This document shows positions 8,556 through 16,910 of a DNA stretch of 64,000 nt, piece by piece (position 1 is the first letter of the stretch; the number at the start of each line of letters is the position of its first letter). Source of the stretch: Candidatus Dormiibacterota bacterium (GTDB lineage Bacteria; Chloroflexota; Dormibacteria; Aeolococcales; Aeolococcaceae). Below the pieces are notes generated by a model. It saw only the letters and a list, made by a program, of their open reading frames with translations. It had not been told where the DNA came from and made no database searches. Where the stretch lies: contig DATDID010000039.1 of the NCBI GenBank assembly GCA_036521195.1, positions 76,241 to 140,240 on the forward strand. Direction: 5' to 3'. Made by a program: the position numbers and the translations under genes.

Positions 8556-9383
8556 GTGAGTAGCCCAGAGACCCGTCCGACCGCCAGCCTGCTGCGCGGG
8601 AAACGCATCCTCGTCACCGGGGTGCTCACCCCGAAGAGCATCGCGTTTGCCATCGCCGCCGCCTGCCAAGCCGCCGGCGCCGAGGTGGTGCTGACCTCCT
8701 TCGGGCGCGCGATGAGCCTGACGAAGCGCACCGCCAATCGCCTCGATCCGGTGCCCGAGGTCCTCGAGCTGGATGTCACCGACGTCGCCCAGGCGCAGGC
8801 GGTTGCCGACCATGTTCGTGCCCGCCTCGGCGGCCTCGACGGGGTGGTCCACGCCATCGGCTTCGCTCCCGAAGACTGCCTCGGCGGCGGGTTCCTCGAT
8901 GCTCCGTGGAGCTCGGTGGCAACGGCCTTCCACGTCAGCAGCTACTCGCTGCGCACGCTTGCCGCCGCGTTGACGCCATTGATGCCGGAAACAGGTGGCT
9001 CGCTCGTCGCGCTCACGTTCGACGCCCGCATCGCGTGGCCGCTGTACGACTGGATGGGCCCGGCCAAGGCCGCACTCGAGTCGATCGCGCGCTATCTGGC
9101 GCGCGAGCTCGGGCCGCGAAAGATTCGCGTCAACACCATCTCCGCCGGTCCGCTCGAGACGATCGCCGCGCGGTCGATCCCCGGATTCGAGGTCTTGAAA
9201 TCCTCGTGGGGCAAGCAGGCGCCGCTCGGATGGGACAGCGCCGACAGCGGTCCCGTCGCGGATGTCACGGCGTTTCTGCTCAGCGACCTCGCGCGGGCGA
9301 TCACCGGCGAGATGATCCATGTCGACGGCGGCTATCACTCACAGGGCGCGCAGCTGATGCCACCGCCGGAGGAGAAGGCATGA
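8556..9383 (+). CDS. fabI: NADH-dependent enoyl-ACP reductase, InhA-type FabI
   Basis: GKRILVTGVLTPKSIAFAIA...LELDV...GVVHAIGFAP...MGPAKAALES...NTISAGPL aligns colinearly with InhA as recalled. Confidence 0.9.
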   Translation: MSSPETRPTASLLRGKRILVTGVLTPKSIAFAIAAACQAAGAEVVLTSFGRAMSLTKRTANRLDPVPEVLELDVTDVAQAQAVADHVRARLGGLDGVVHAIGFAPEDCLGGGFLDAPWSSVATAFHVSSYSLRTLAAALTPLMPETGGSLVALTFDARIAWPLYDWMGPAKAALESIARYLARELGPRKIRVNTISAGPLETIAARSIPGFEVLKSSWGKQAPLGWDSADSGPVADVTAFLLSDLARAITGEMIHVDGGYHSQGAQLMPPPEEKA

Positions 9384-10651
9384 GCGGCAGCAACGGGAAT
9401 GGGAACGGCGGGAGTCCTCGAGTCGCGATCACCGGCATCGGTGCGGTGACACCGCTCGGCCTCGACGCCGAGTCCACGTGGCAGTCGTGCCGCAGGGGTG
9501 AAGGCGGCATTGGGCCGATCACGGCATTCGATGCGTCGCATCTGACGACGCAGATTGCGGGACAGGTCAAGGGGTTCGATCCCGAGGCGGTCATCGGCAA
9601 GAAGGAAGCCCGTCGGATGAGCCGCTGCACGCAACTCGGCGTCTTTGCCGCACGTCAGGCGATCGAGGACTCCGGCCTCGACATCCGTTCCATGGCCGAG
9701 GACGTCGGCGTGCTCGTCGCATCCGGTGTCGGTGGCATCGAGGTCATCGAGCGCAACGTCCTCGCGCTGTACAACCAGGGACCGCGTCGCGTCTCGCCGT
9801 TCACCGTGCCGTCGATGATCATCGACATGCCTGCAGGCGCGATCGCAATCGAGTGCGGGGCAAAGGGAGTGAACTACGCCATCGTCAGCGCGTGCGCGTC
9901 ATCGGGGCACGCCATCGGCGAGGCGGCCGAGTGGATCCGTCGCGGCGAGGCCACGGCGATCATCACCGGCGGCACCGAGGCATCGATCACCAACATCAGC
10001 ATCGCGGCCTTCGACGCCATGCAGGCGTTGTCGACGCGCAACGACGAACCCGAGCGCGCGTCGCGGCCGTTCGACAAGGATCGCGACGGCTTCGTGATGG
10101 GCGAGGGTGCGGGCATGTTCGTGCTCGAGGATTGGGGTCACGCTGTCGCGCGTGGCGCGCACATCTACGGCGAGGTGGCCGGCTACGGCGCCACTGCGGA
10201 CGCGTACCACATCACGCAGCCGGACGAGCAGGGCGACGGAGCACGGCGCTGCATCCTGCGCTCGCTCAAGCGCGCGGGTCGCGGGCCGGATGAGGTCGAC
10301 TACATCAACGCTCACGGCACATCGACGCAGATGAACGACGCCGCCGAGACCAAGGCGGTCAAGGCCGCGCTCGGCGAGCTCGCCGGGACGATACCGATGT
10401 CGTCGACGAAGTCGATGCACGGGCATCTCCTCGGCGCCGCGGGTGCGGTGGAGGCGGTCATCACAGTTCTTGCCATTCGTGACCAGTTCGTGCCGCCGAC
10501 CATCAATCTGGACGAGCCCGACCCGGAGTGCGACCTGGACTACGTCCCCAACCAGGGTCGCGACGCGCGCATCGATTTCGCGCTCAGCACCTCGTATGGG
10601 TTCGGCGGCCACAACGTGTGCCTGGCGCTGGCCCGCGCCGATGGAGCCTGA
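9380..10651 (+). CDS. fabF: Beta-ketoacyl-ACP synthase II (FabF/KasA-type)
   Basis: RVAITGIGAVTPLG, IVSACASSGHAIGEA (active Cys), NAHGTSTQMND, SSTKSMHGHLLGAAG, NSYGFGGHN-like end. ATGA overlap with the fabI stop. The 158-aa N-terminal extension of the track ORF is rejected. Confidence 0.9.
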   Translation: MSGSNGNGNGGSPRVAITGIGAVTPLGLDAESTWQSCRRGEGGIGPITAFDASHLTTQIAGQVKGFDPEAVIGKKEARRMSRCTQLGVFAARQAIEDSGLDIRSMAEDVGVLVASGVGGIEVIERNVLALYNQGPRRVSPFTVPSMIIDMPAGAIAIECGAKGVNYAIVSACASSGHAIGEAAEWIRRGEATAIITGGTEASITNISIAAFDAMQALSTRNDEPERASRPFDKDRDGFVMGEGAGMFVLEDWGHAVARGAHIYGEVAGYGATADAYHITQPDEQGDGARRCILRSLKRAGRGPDEVDYINAHGTSTQMNDAAETKAVKAALGELAGTIPMSSTKSMHGHLLGAAGAVEAVITVLAIRDQFVPPTINLDEPDPECDLDYVPNQGRDARIDFALSTSYGFGGHNVCLALARADGA

Positions 10652-11180
10652 CCGGCTCGTTCGCGTCGCAGGGCTGGGGCGCATCGCCCTCAGGCGCGCC
10701 GACATCACCGCGCTGGTGGTCGATGCGATCGTCAACGCCGCAAACAGCCATCTGGCAGGCGGTGGTGGGGTCGACGGCGCCATTCACCGGGCAGCCGGCC
10801 CTGACCTCATGCGCGAGCTGGGTGAGCGGTACCAGGGATGTCCCACCGGCTCGGCGGTCATCACCGGCGCCGGACATCTGACGGCGCGCTTCGTCATCCA
10901 CGCCGTCGGTCCGCGCTGGCGCGACGGCCGCCATGACGAGCCGGCGCTGCTGGCATCGGCGTATCGGTCCGCGTTCGTGCTCGCCGCCGAGCACGCCTGC
11001 GAGACGGTCGCCGCGCCGTCGATCAGCACGGGAATCTATGGCTTCCCGATCGACATGGCCGCGCCGATCGCGATAAATGCGGCGAATGCAGCGCTGAACG
11101 CGGACGCCACGTCCTTGCGAGAGATCACGTTCGCACTCTTCTCCGACTCCGATCTCGAGGTCTTCGCGAGGGCCCTGTGA
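10641..11180 (+). CDS. Macro domain protein (O-acetyl-ADP-ribose deacetylase / MacroD-YmdB-like)
   Basis: ADITALVVDAIVNAANSHLAGGGGVDGAIHRAAG...VIHAVGP...PSISTGIYGFP. The ATG at 10641 overlaps the fabF 3' end by 11 nt. Confidence 0.85.
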   Translation: MEPDRLVRVAGLGRIALRRADITALVVDAIVNAANSHLAGGGGVDGAIHRAAGPDLMRELGERYQGCPTGSAVITGAGHLTARFVIHAVGPRWRDGRHDEPALLASAYRSAFVLAAEHACETVAAPSISTGIYGFPIDMAAPIAINAANAALNADATSLREITFALFSDSDLEVFARAL

Positions 11181-11198
11181 CGCCACCTTGACGGTGGC

Positions 11199-12485
11199 GT
11201 GGGCAATCTGGCCATAGAGTGGGCAGCGCCAGTGCCTTCGCGCCCGCGGTGGTTCGCCGCCGCCTTCATCACCGTCGCTTCGATCGTCCTCGCGCATTAC
11301 GCGCAGGTCTGGGCCGTCGTGCCCTCCTCGCTGGCCCCGACGAGCGACTTCGCGGGCACGTACGTCGCCGCGACGCTCATCCGGACGGGTCACGCGGAGC
11401 AGATCTACGATCCGGCGGTTGAACAGCAGGCGCTGATCCAGAGCGGCGCGCCCGCCGGACACGACGACATCCCGTTCGAGAACCCGCCCGGAGCCGCGGT
11501 CGTGGCACTGCCCTTCACCCTCCTGAGCGCCGGGGCCGCGTGGCGGGGGTGGTCGATCCTCCAGTTGCTGCTCGTCGCGCTTTCACTCTGGATGGTGGCT
11601 CGAGCTGCACCCTGGCCCTCGGCGCTGTCCCGGCTTCCCCGCGTGGCGATCGCGCTCATCGCACTGGCGGGCTTCGGGACAGGACTGGTCCTCCTCGAGG
11701 GGCAGTGGGACGGGGTCTCCGTCGTGGGTCTGGCGATCGCCTACGTTGCCTGGCGAAAGGGGAGACCCGGACTCGCGGGCTTTGCGCTGGGGTTCACAGC
11801 GGCGATCGCCAAACCGCAGCTGGTGATCGGGATCGCCGCGTACATGCTGGGGAGGCGGGACTGGCGCGGGATTGCCGGGGCCATCGCCGGCGCGGCGGTC
11901 ACGGTCTTGATCGGACTGCTCGCCGGTGGTCCGCACGGACTGTGGTCGTTCGTCTCGGCTGTGTCGGCCCCACACGACTCGCCGACGGCGGAGATGCAGG
12001 GCAGCAGCGGGCTCTTCGGATCGCTCCTGGGCCAGGCGCCCGGCGTGTACTACCTCTCGATCGCGGCCGGCCTCGCCGCAGCCTCAGTGGCGGTGTGGCT
12101 CGGCGCGATCACGCGTCACCGAGCCGATCTCTTCGAGCCCTCGCTCTGTGCCGCCGTCGCGCTCTCGCTGTTCGCCTCGCCGCATCTGCTCGGCCACGAT
12201 CTGACCATGCTCGCACCCGTCGTGATCGGAGGGCTCGCATGGTTGGCTGGCCGGCCAACCGAGACGGTCTGGCCCGGACCGGGCACGCTCGTCGTTATTG
12301 CAGGATGGGCGCTCCTCTCGGTCGCGACGATGGCCGACCTCGGTCAGAACACGGTCGGCCTTCCCGGTCGCGCGACCCCCTGGGCGCTGCTGCTGGTCGC
12401 CGCGACGTGGTGCGCTCTTGCCGTCAGCGCGCAACGCGCCGGCGATGCGCGGCCTGCACGTGAACGTCGATCCGCCGTAGCGTAG
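11199..12485 (+). CDS. Polytopic membrane protein, GT87/DUF2029-like glycosyltransferase (tentative)
   Basis: About 10 or more hydrophobic helices. The N-terminal loop SDFAGTYVAATLIRTGHAEQIYD resembles the conserved Asp/Tyr loop of DUF2029 polyprenol-dependent glycosyltransferases. Confidence 0.55.
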   Translation: MGNLAIEWAAPVPSRPRWFAAAFITVASIVLAHYAQVWAVVPSSLAPTSDFAGTYVAATLIRTGHAEQIYDPAVEQQALIQSGAPAGHDDIPFENPPGAAVVALPFTLLSAGAAWRGWSILQLLLVALSLWMVARAAPWPSALSRLPRVAIALIALAGFGTGLVLLEGQWDGVSVVGLAIAYVAWRKGRPGLAGFALGFTAAIAKPQLVIGIAAYMLGRRDWRGIAGAIAGAAVTVLIGLLAGGPHGLWSFVSAVSAPHDSPTAEMQGSSGLFGSLLGQAPGVYYLSIAAGLAAASVAVWLGAITRHRADLFEPSLCAAVALSLFASPHLLGHDLTMLAPVVIGGLAWLAGRPTETVWPGPGTLVVIAGWALLSVATMADLGQNTVGLPGRATPWALLLVAATWCALAVSAQRAGDARPARERRSAVA

Positions 12486-12557
12486 GAGTTGATCTGACGA
12501 TTTCATGGGTACGTTCACGAGCATGAAAGGCGTGGCCGCCATCATTCGAGTAGCACG

Positions 12558-13718
12558 ATGAATCGCAGTACGAGCAAGGGCGTCCCGCTCGGGCGGATTG
12601 CCAGGATCAAGATCACGGCCGACTGGAGCGTGCTCGTCATCGGCGCCCTGCTCGCCTGGGGCGTCGCCGGCGCCGCTGTCCCGGGCGAGGCTCCGGGCAC
12701 ATCGGTATGGATGGCCTGGATCGTCGGCGCGATCGTCGCGCTGCTTTTGCTGGCTTCGCTCACCGCTCACGAGCTCGGTCATGCGCTCCTGGCTCGGCGC
12801 CGGGGCATCGCGGTCGAAGGCATCCGCCTCTGGCTCTTCGGCGGAGTCGCTCAGATGAGCGGCGACTGGATGACCGGCAAGACGGAGATGCTCGTCGCGG
12901 CGATCGGACCGGCGATCACGCTGGTGATCACGGCAGTGTTCACCGCCGCCACCTGGCTGTTCGTCACGGTGAGCGCCCCGCCGCTGGTCGTGGTTGTCGC
13001 CGAGTGGGTCGCGGCGGTCAACCTGCTGCTCCTCCTCTTCAACCTGATCCCCGCGTTCCCGCTCGACGGCGGGCGGATCCTGCGTGGGTTCATCTGGACG
13101 CGGACCAGGAACCGGATGTCGGCCACCGTCGCCGCGGCACGCGTCGGCCGGGTCTTCGCCATCGTCCTGGTCGGAATCGGCCTGCTGGACGCCTTCTTCT
13201 ACGATCCGGTCGGAGGCGTCTGGCTGATGTTGATCGGCTGGTTCCTCGACAACACCGCGCGTGGCGAGGCGCAGAGCGAGCAGGCCCGTCAGGTTCTCGA
13301 GGGGCTGCTCGTCGGCGACGTCATGTCGAAGGACCCCGTCGTGGTGCCGTCATGGATCACCGTCGACCTGCTCGTCAACCAGTACGTTGCCGGCCACCAG
13401 GACACGTCGTTCCCGACCCACAGCATCGACGGACGGGTGGACGGGCTGGTCACGATGCGCGGGATCAAGAAGCTCCCGGCGCAGCAGCGCGGCGTGCGTC
13501 GCGCCATCGACATCGCCATCCCCGCCGCGAGCGTGCCGATCGCCCGTCGCGAGGAGAAGCTCACCGACCTGCTCAAGCGGCTCGGGCCGGCATCGGACGG
13601 CCGCGCGATGGTCTACGACTCGGACCGCCTCGTCGGCATCGTCTCGCCGAGCGACATCTACCGCACGCTGCACGGCGGCTCGCCCCGTACGCCCGCTCCC
13701 GCCCCAGCCGCCGCCTAA
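12558..13718 (+). CDS. Site-2 protease family (peptidase M50) with C-terminal CBS pair
   Basis: HELGHALLARRRG (HExxH), NLIPAFPLDGGRIL (second metal-ligand motif), and a CBS-like repeat region at the C-terminus. Confidence 0.85.
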   Translation: MNRSTSKGVPLGRIARIKITADWSVLVIGALLAWGVAGAAVPGEAPGTSVWMAWIVGAIVALLLLASLTAHELGHALLARRRGIAVEGIRLWLFGGVAQMSGDWMTGKTEMLVAAIGPAITLVITAVFTAATWLFVTVSAPPLVVVVAEWVAAVNLLLLLFNLIPAFPLDGGRILRGFIWTRTRNRMSATVAAARVGRVFAIVLVGIGLLDAFFYDPVGGVWLMLIGWFLDNTARGEAQSEQARQVLEGLLVGDVMSKDPVVVPSWITVDLLVNQYVAGHQDTSFPTHSIDGRVDGLVTMRGIKKLPAQQRGVRRAIDIAIPAASVPIARREEKLTDLLKRLGPASDGRAMVYDSDRLVGIVSPSDIYRTLHGGSPRTPAPAPAAA

Positions 13719-14185
13719 AACGACCCCGGCGCCACGAGGCGCGGGGAGATCCGTCCTGCCAGAGCATCCATTTCCGCTGCACTGACCCACTGGTCGGACG
13801 GTTGCTGTATCAGCTCGAAAACCTTGATACCACGCGCGTGTTCCGGAGGCCGGGCGACGACGTGCACGTGAAGATGGTCGAAGCCTTCTTGCTCACCGAG
13901 AAACAGCACGTAGGCTTTCGGGACATTGAGCTCCACCTCGAGCGCTCGCGAGAGGGCAGGGACGAGCCACCCGAACACGGCGGCTTCATCAGGAGTCAAG
14001 TCGCCGACTGATCCAGCATGGCGACGCAACACCAAGACGAGCCAGCCAAGCCACGCCGAGTTGAAGGAATGCGCAACACGCCAGAGCCCATCGTCGTATA
14101 TCCGCTCGTGAGGCGGCGAATCAGTTCGGGCGTTGTGATCACACGAGTAGCAGCCGGGGATGCTAGCCAACGCTATCCTCGACAC
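13715..14185 (-). CDS. HIT family hydrolase
   Basis: CYSC near the N-terminus and histidine triad HLHVHVVARP. Confidence 0.75.
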   Translation of the reverse strand: MSRIALASIPGCYSCDHNARTDSPPHERIYDDGLWRVAHSFNSAWLGWLVLVLRRHAGSVGDLTPDEAAVFGWLVPALSRALEVELNVPKAYVLFLGEQEGFDHLHVHVVARPPEHARGIKVFELIQQPSDQWVSAAEMDALAGRISPRLVAPGSF

Positions 14186-15194
14186 CGAGGATCAGCTTCC
14201 CGAAGTTCTCGCCGCGGAAGAGCCGCAACAGCGTGTTCGGGAATGACTCGAGCCCGGTGACGACGTCCTCGAGGGACCGCAGCCGGCCCTCGGCAATCCA
14301 TCCCGCCATCTCCGCTCCCGCCTCCGGGTAGCGCGCGGCGAAGTCGAAGACGAGGAACCCCTCCATGCGCGCCCGGTCGACGAGCAGCGCCATGTAGTTC
14401 GCCGGCCCGCGGGCCGGACCCTCGTTGTTGTACTGCGAGACCGAGCCGCAGATGACGATGCGGGCGTGGCGCGCCAGACGCGTCAGTGCGGCGTCGAGCA
14501 CGTCACCGCCGACGTTGTCGAAGTACACGTTGATGCGGTCGGGGCACCGCTCGCGCAGCGCGATCCGGACGTCCTCGCTCTTGTAATCGATTGCCGAATC
14601 GAAGCCGAGCTCGTCGATGATGAACCGGCACTTCTCGGGCCCGCCGGCGATGCCGACCACCCGGCAGCCTTTGATCTTCGCGATCTGTCCGACCACCATG
14701 CCCACCGCGCCTGCAGCGCCGGACACGACAACCGTCTCACCGGCGACGGGCTTGCCGATGTCGAGCAGGCCGAAGTATGCCGTCATGCCCGTCATCCCGA
14801 GCACGCTGAGATACGTCGTCAGCGGCGCAAGGTCGGTGGAGACACGGGTCACACCGGATCCGTCGCTCAGCGCATACGCCTGGACGCCGAAGCTGCCGGT
14901 CACGTGATCGCCGGCGGAGAAGGCGGGATGCCGCGACTCGACCACCTCTCCGGCGCCGAGCGCGCGCATCACCTCACCGATGCCGACCGGCGGGATGTAG
15001 GAGCGTCCCTCGTTCATCCACCCTCGCATCGCGGGGTCGAGCGAGATGAAGCGCACTCGGACCAGCAATTCGCCCTCGCCCGGGCTGGGAATCGCCTCTG
15101 AGCGGAATTCCCAGTCGGACGCAACGGGGAGCCCATGGGGTCGCGCCGCGAGGCGCCACTGGCGGTTGGTCGGGGTGGTGTCGGTCATCGGCAT
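14163..15194 (-). CDS. NADP-dependent oxidoreductase, MDR superfamily (YncB / alkenal reductase-like)
   Basis: WRLAARPHGLP...ELLVRVRFISLDPAMRGWM...VVVSGAAGAVGMVVGQIAKIKGCRVVGIAGG Rossmann motif. Internal ATG 15194 is chosen; the N-terminal 67 aa of the track ORF look non-coding. Confidence 0.85.
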   Translation of the reverse strand: MPMTDTTPTNRQWRLAARPHGLPVASDWEFRSEAIPSPGEGELLVRVRFISLDPAMRGWMNEGRSYIPPVGIGEVMRALGAGEVVESRHPAFSAGDHVTGSFGVQAYALSDGSGVTRVSTDLAPLTTYLSVLGMTGMTAYFGLLDIGKPVAGETVVVSGAAGAVGMVVGQIAKIKGCRVVGIAGGPEKCRFIIDELGFDSAIDYKSEDVRIALRERCPDRINVYFDNVGGDVLDAALTRLARHARIVICGSVSQYNNEGPARGPANYMALLVDRARMEGFLVFDFAARYPEAGAEMAGWIAEGRLRSLEDVVTGLESFPNTLLRLFRGENFGKLILGVEDSVG

Positions 15195-15243
15195 ATCAGA
15201 GCACGCGTCGAAGCACGCGCGAGTGGCTTGGTAGGCTCTGTCG

Positions 15244-16125
15244 ATGCTGAGCGCAGGTCTGATCCTGTTTCTTGCCGCCCTCCAGGGCGTCACCGAACTC
15301 TTTCCCGTGTCGTCGCTCGGCCACGCCGTCGTGGTGCCGCCGCTGGTCGGGCTGAATTTCCGCGAGACAGACCCCGCGTTCGTGCCGGTGCTCACGGTCC
15401 TCCACCTCGGGACCGCCGGGGCCCTGCTCTTTCTCTACCGGCGCGACTGGGCGCGGATCGTCGCCGGGTTCTTCCGCGCCGCCGTGCGCGGCCGTATCGA
15501 CGATCCCGATCAGCGCCTGGCGATCATGCTGGTCGTGGGTTCGGTGCCGGCCGGGATCATCGGCCTGCTCCTGCAGGACCCGCTCAAGACGCTCTTCGGC
15601 AATCCGCGCCTCGCTTCACTCTTCCTCATCGTCAACGGCGGCATCCTCTTCGCCGCGGAGATGTTCAGACGACGGGACGAGCGCCGGCGGGCGGCAACCG
15701 AGCCAGCGCACGCCGTTCTGGCACACGAGGACGGCGATCCCCAATTTGCACGGATCGAGGGATTGAGCCTGCGCACCACGGTGTTCGTTGGCATCTTCCA
15801 GGCGGGTGCGCTGCTGCCGGGCATCTCCCGCTCGGGAATCACCATGGCCGCGGGGCTGGTCGCGGGCCTGCGCCACGAGGAGGCGGCCAGGTTCTCCTTC
15901 CTGCTCGCGACGCCGATCATCCTCGCTGCCGGACTGCTCGAGCTCCCCGCGCTGGGCACCGACTCGCCGACCGCGCTGGTCGCCATCGGAGCCGCCATCG
16001 TGGCAGGTGTCGTGGCGTACGCCAGCGCCCGTTTCCTGCTTCGCTACCTTCGATCGGGACGTCTCGACCCCTTCGCGTATTACTGTGCGGCTCTCGGGGC
16101 AGCAGGCCTCGTCTTCATCCACTGA
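15244..16125 (+). CDS. uppP: Undecaprenyl-diphosphate phosphatase
   Basis: LQGVTELFPVSSLGH at the N-terminus, PGISRSGITMAAG motif, 8-TM profile. Confidence 0.9.
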   Translation: MLSAGLILFLAALQGVTELFPVSSLGHAVVVPPLVGLNFRETDPAFVPVLTVLHLGTAGALLFLYRRDWARIVAGFFRAAVRGRIDDPDQRLAIMLVVGSVPAGIIGLLLQDPLKTLFGNPRLASLFLIVNGGILFAAEMFRRRDERRRAATEPAHAVLAHEDGDPQFARIEGLSLRTTVFVGIFQAGALLPGISRSGITMAAGLVAGLRHEEAARFSFLLATPIILAAGLLELPALGTDSPTALVAIGAAIVAGVVAYASARFLLRYLRSGRLDPFAYYCAALGAAGLVFIH

Positions 16126-16184
16126 GTACTTGCACTGAAGATTTCCGCAGAACGCACGTACGACATTCATCCGGGGGATTCGCT

Positions 16185-16397
16185 ATGCAGGGGAGCCAAC
16201 CACTCGCACTCGCGCTGATCGTCCTTGCGGTGATCTTCGCCATCGCGGCCGTCTTCTTCTTCACGGTCAAGACGACATTTCTCGCGGGCGGCGCACATCC
16301 GGCAATCCACTGGAAGCACGCCATCGTGTTCACGGTCCTCGCTGTCCTGTCGCTGATCGCCGCCAATTTCGCGAGGCCGAAGGCAGCGGTCAGGTAG
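16185..16397 (+). CDS. Small two-TM membrane protein (70 aa)
   Basis: ATG preceded by GGGGGA. There are two clear hydrophobic helices (LALALIVLAVIFAIAAVFFF, AIVFTVLAVLSLIAANF). Confidence 0.5.
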   Translation: MQGSQPLALALIVLAVIFAIAAVFFFTVKTTFLAGGAHPAIHWKHAIVFTVLAVLSLIAANFARPKAAVR

Positions 16398-16406
16398 GAG
16401 ACCGCG

Positions 16407-16904
16407 GTGCCGTTGCCGATCACGCCGCGCAAGACGATCGCCGTCTACCGGCGTGCGTTCAAGGACACGCGGCGCGAGCGCCTGTTTTTGTCGTCGGTGT
16501 CATTTTTCGCGACGTTTGCGGCAACGCGCGGCATCACCCACGCGATCAAGGACGGCGTCGGCCCGTTTCACAACCTGTCCGCCAACGGCAAGCACCTCCA
16601 CCACCTGGTCTTCGGCATCGCCGGCCTCCTCGGGAGCGGATACCTGTGGTTGATCCACGTGGAGCAGAACCGAACGGGTGAGGGCGATGACGCGCTCGCG
16701 AAATTCAACTCCGTGCTGTATGGCGGCGCATCAGCGCTGACGCTCGATGAGTTCGCACTCTGGCTCGACCTCGCGGACGTGTACTGGACCAAGCAAGGAC
16801 GGGCGAGCGTCGACGCTGTGATGCTCTTCGGCGGCGTGCTTTCGATCGGACTGTGGGGCCAGCCGTTCTTCAAAGAGCTCATCAAGGAAATTCGCCATAT
16901 CTGA
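16407..16904 (+). CDS. Hypothetical integral membrane protein
   Basis: 165 aa with 4 hydrophobic segments. Codon usage is consistent with coding. I recognised no family. Confidence 0.55.
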   Translation: MPLPITPRKTIAVYRRAFKDTRRERLFLSSVSFFATFAATRGITHAIKDGVGPFHNLSANGKHLHHLVFGIAGLLGSGYLWLIHVEQNRTGEGDDALAKFNSVLYGGASALTLDEFALWLDLADVYWTKQGRASVDAVMLFGGVLSIGLWGQPFFKELIKEIRHI

Positions 16905-16910
16905 TTGCGG

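Noticed and set aside
8906-9379. 158-aa N-terminal extension of the fabF ORF
   Set aside because: It lies entirely within the fabI coding region in another frame and is Arg-rich. The KAS II family sequence begins at the ATG at 9380, which forms an ATGA overlap with the fabI stop.
10641-11180. Macro domain as a DarG-type antitoxin of a DarTG system
   Set aside because: The protein is only about 180 aa, a bare macro domain. It has no adjacent DarT/DUF4433-like gene and is embedded in a fab operon by overlap.
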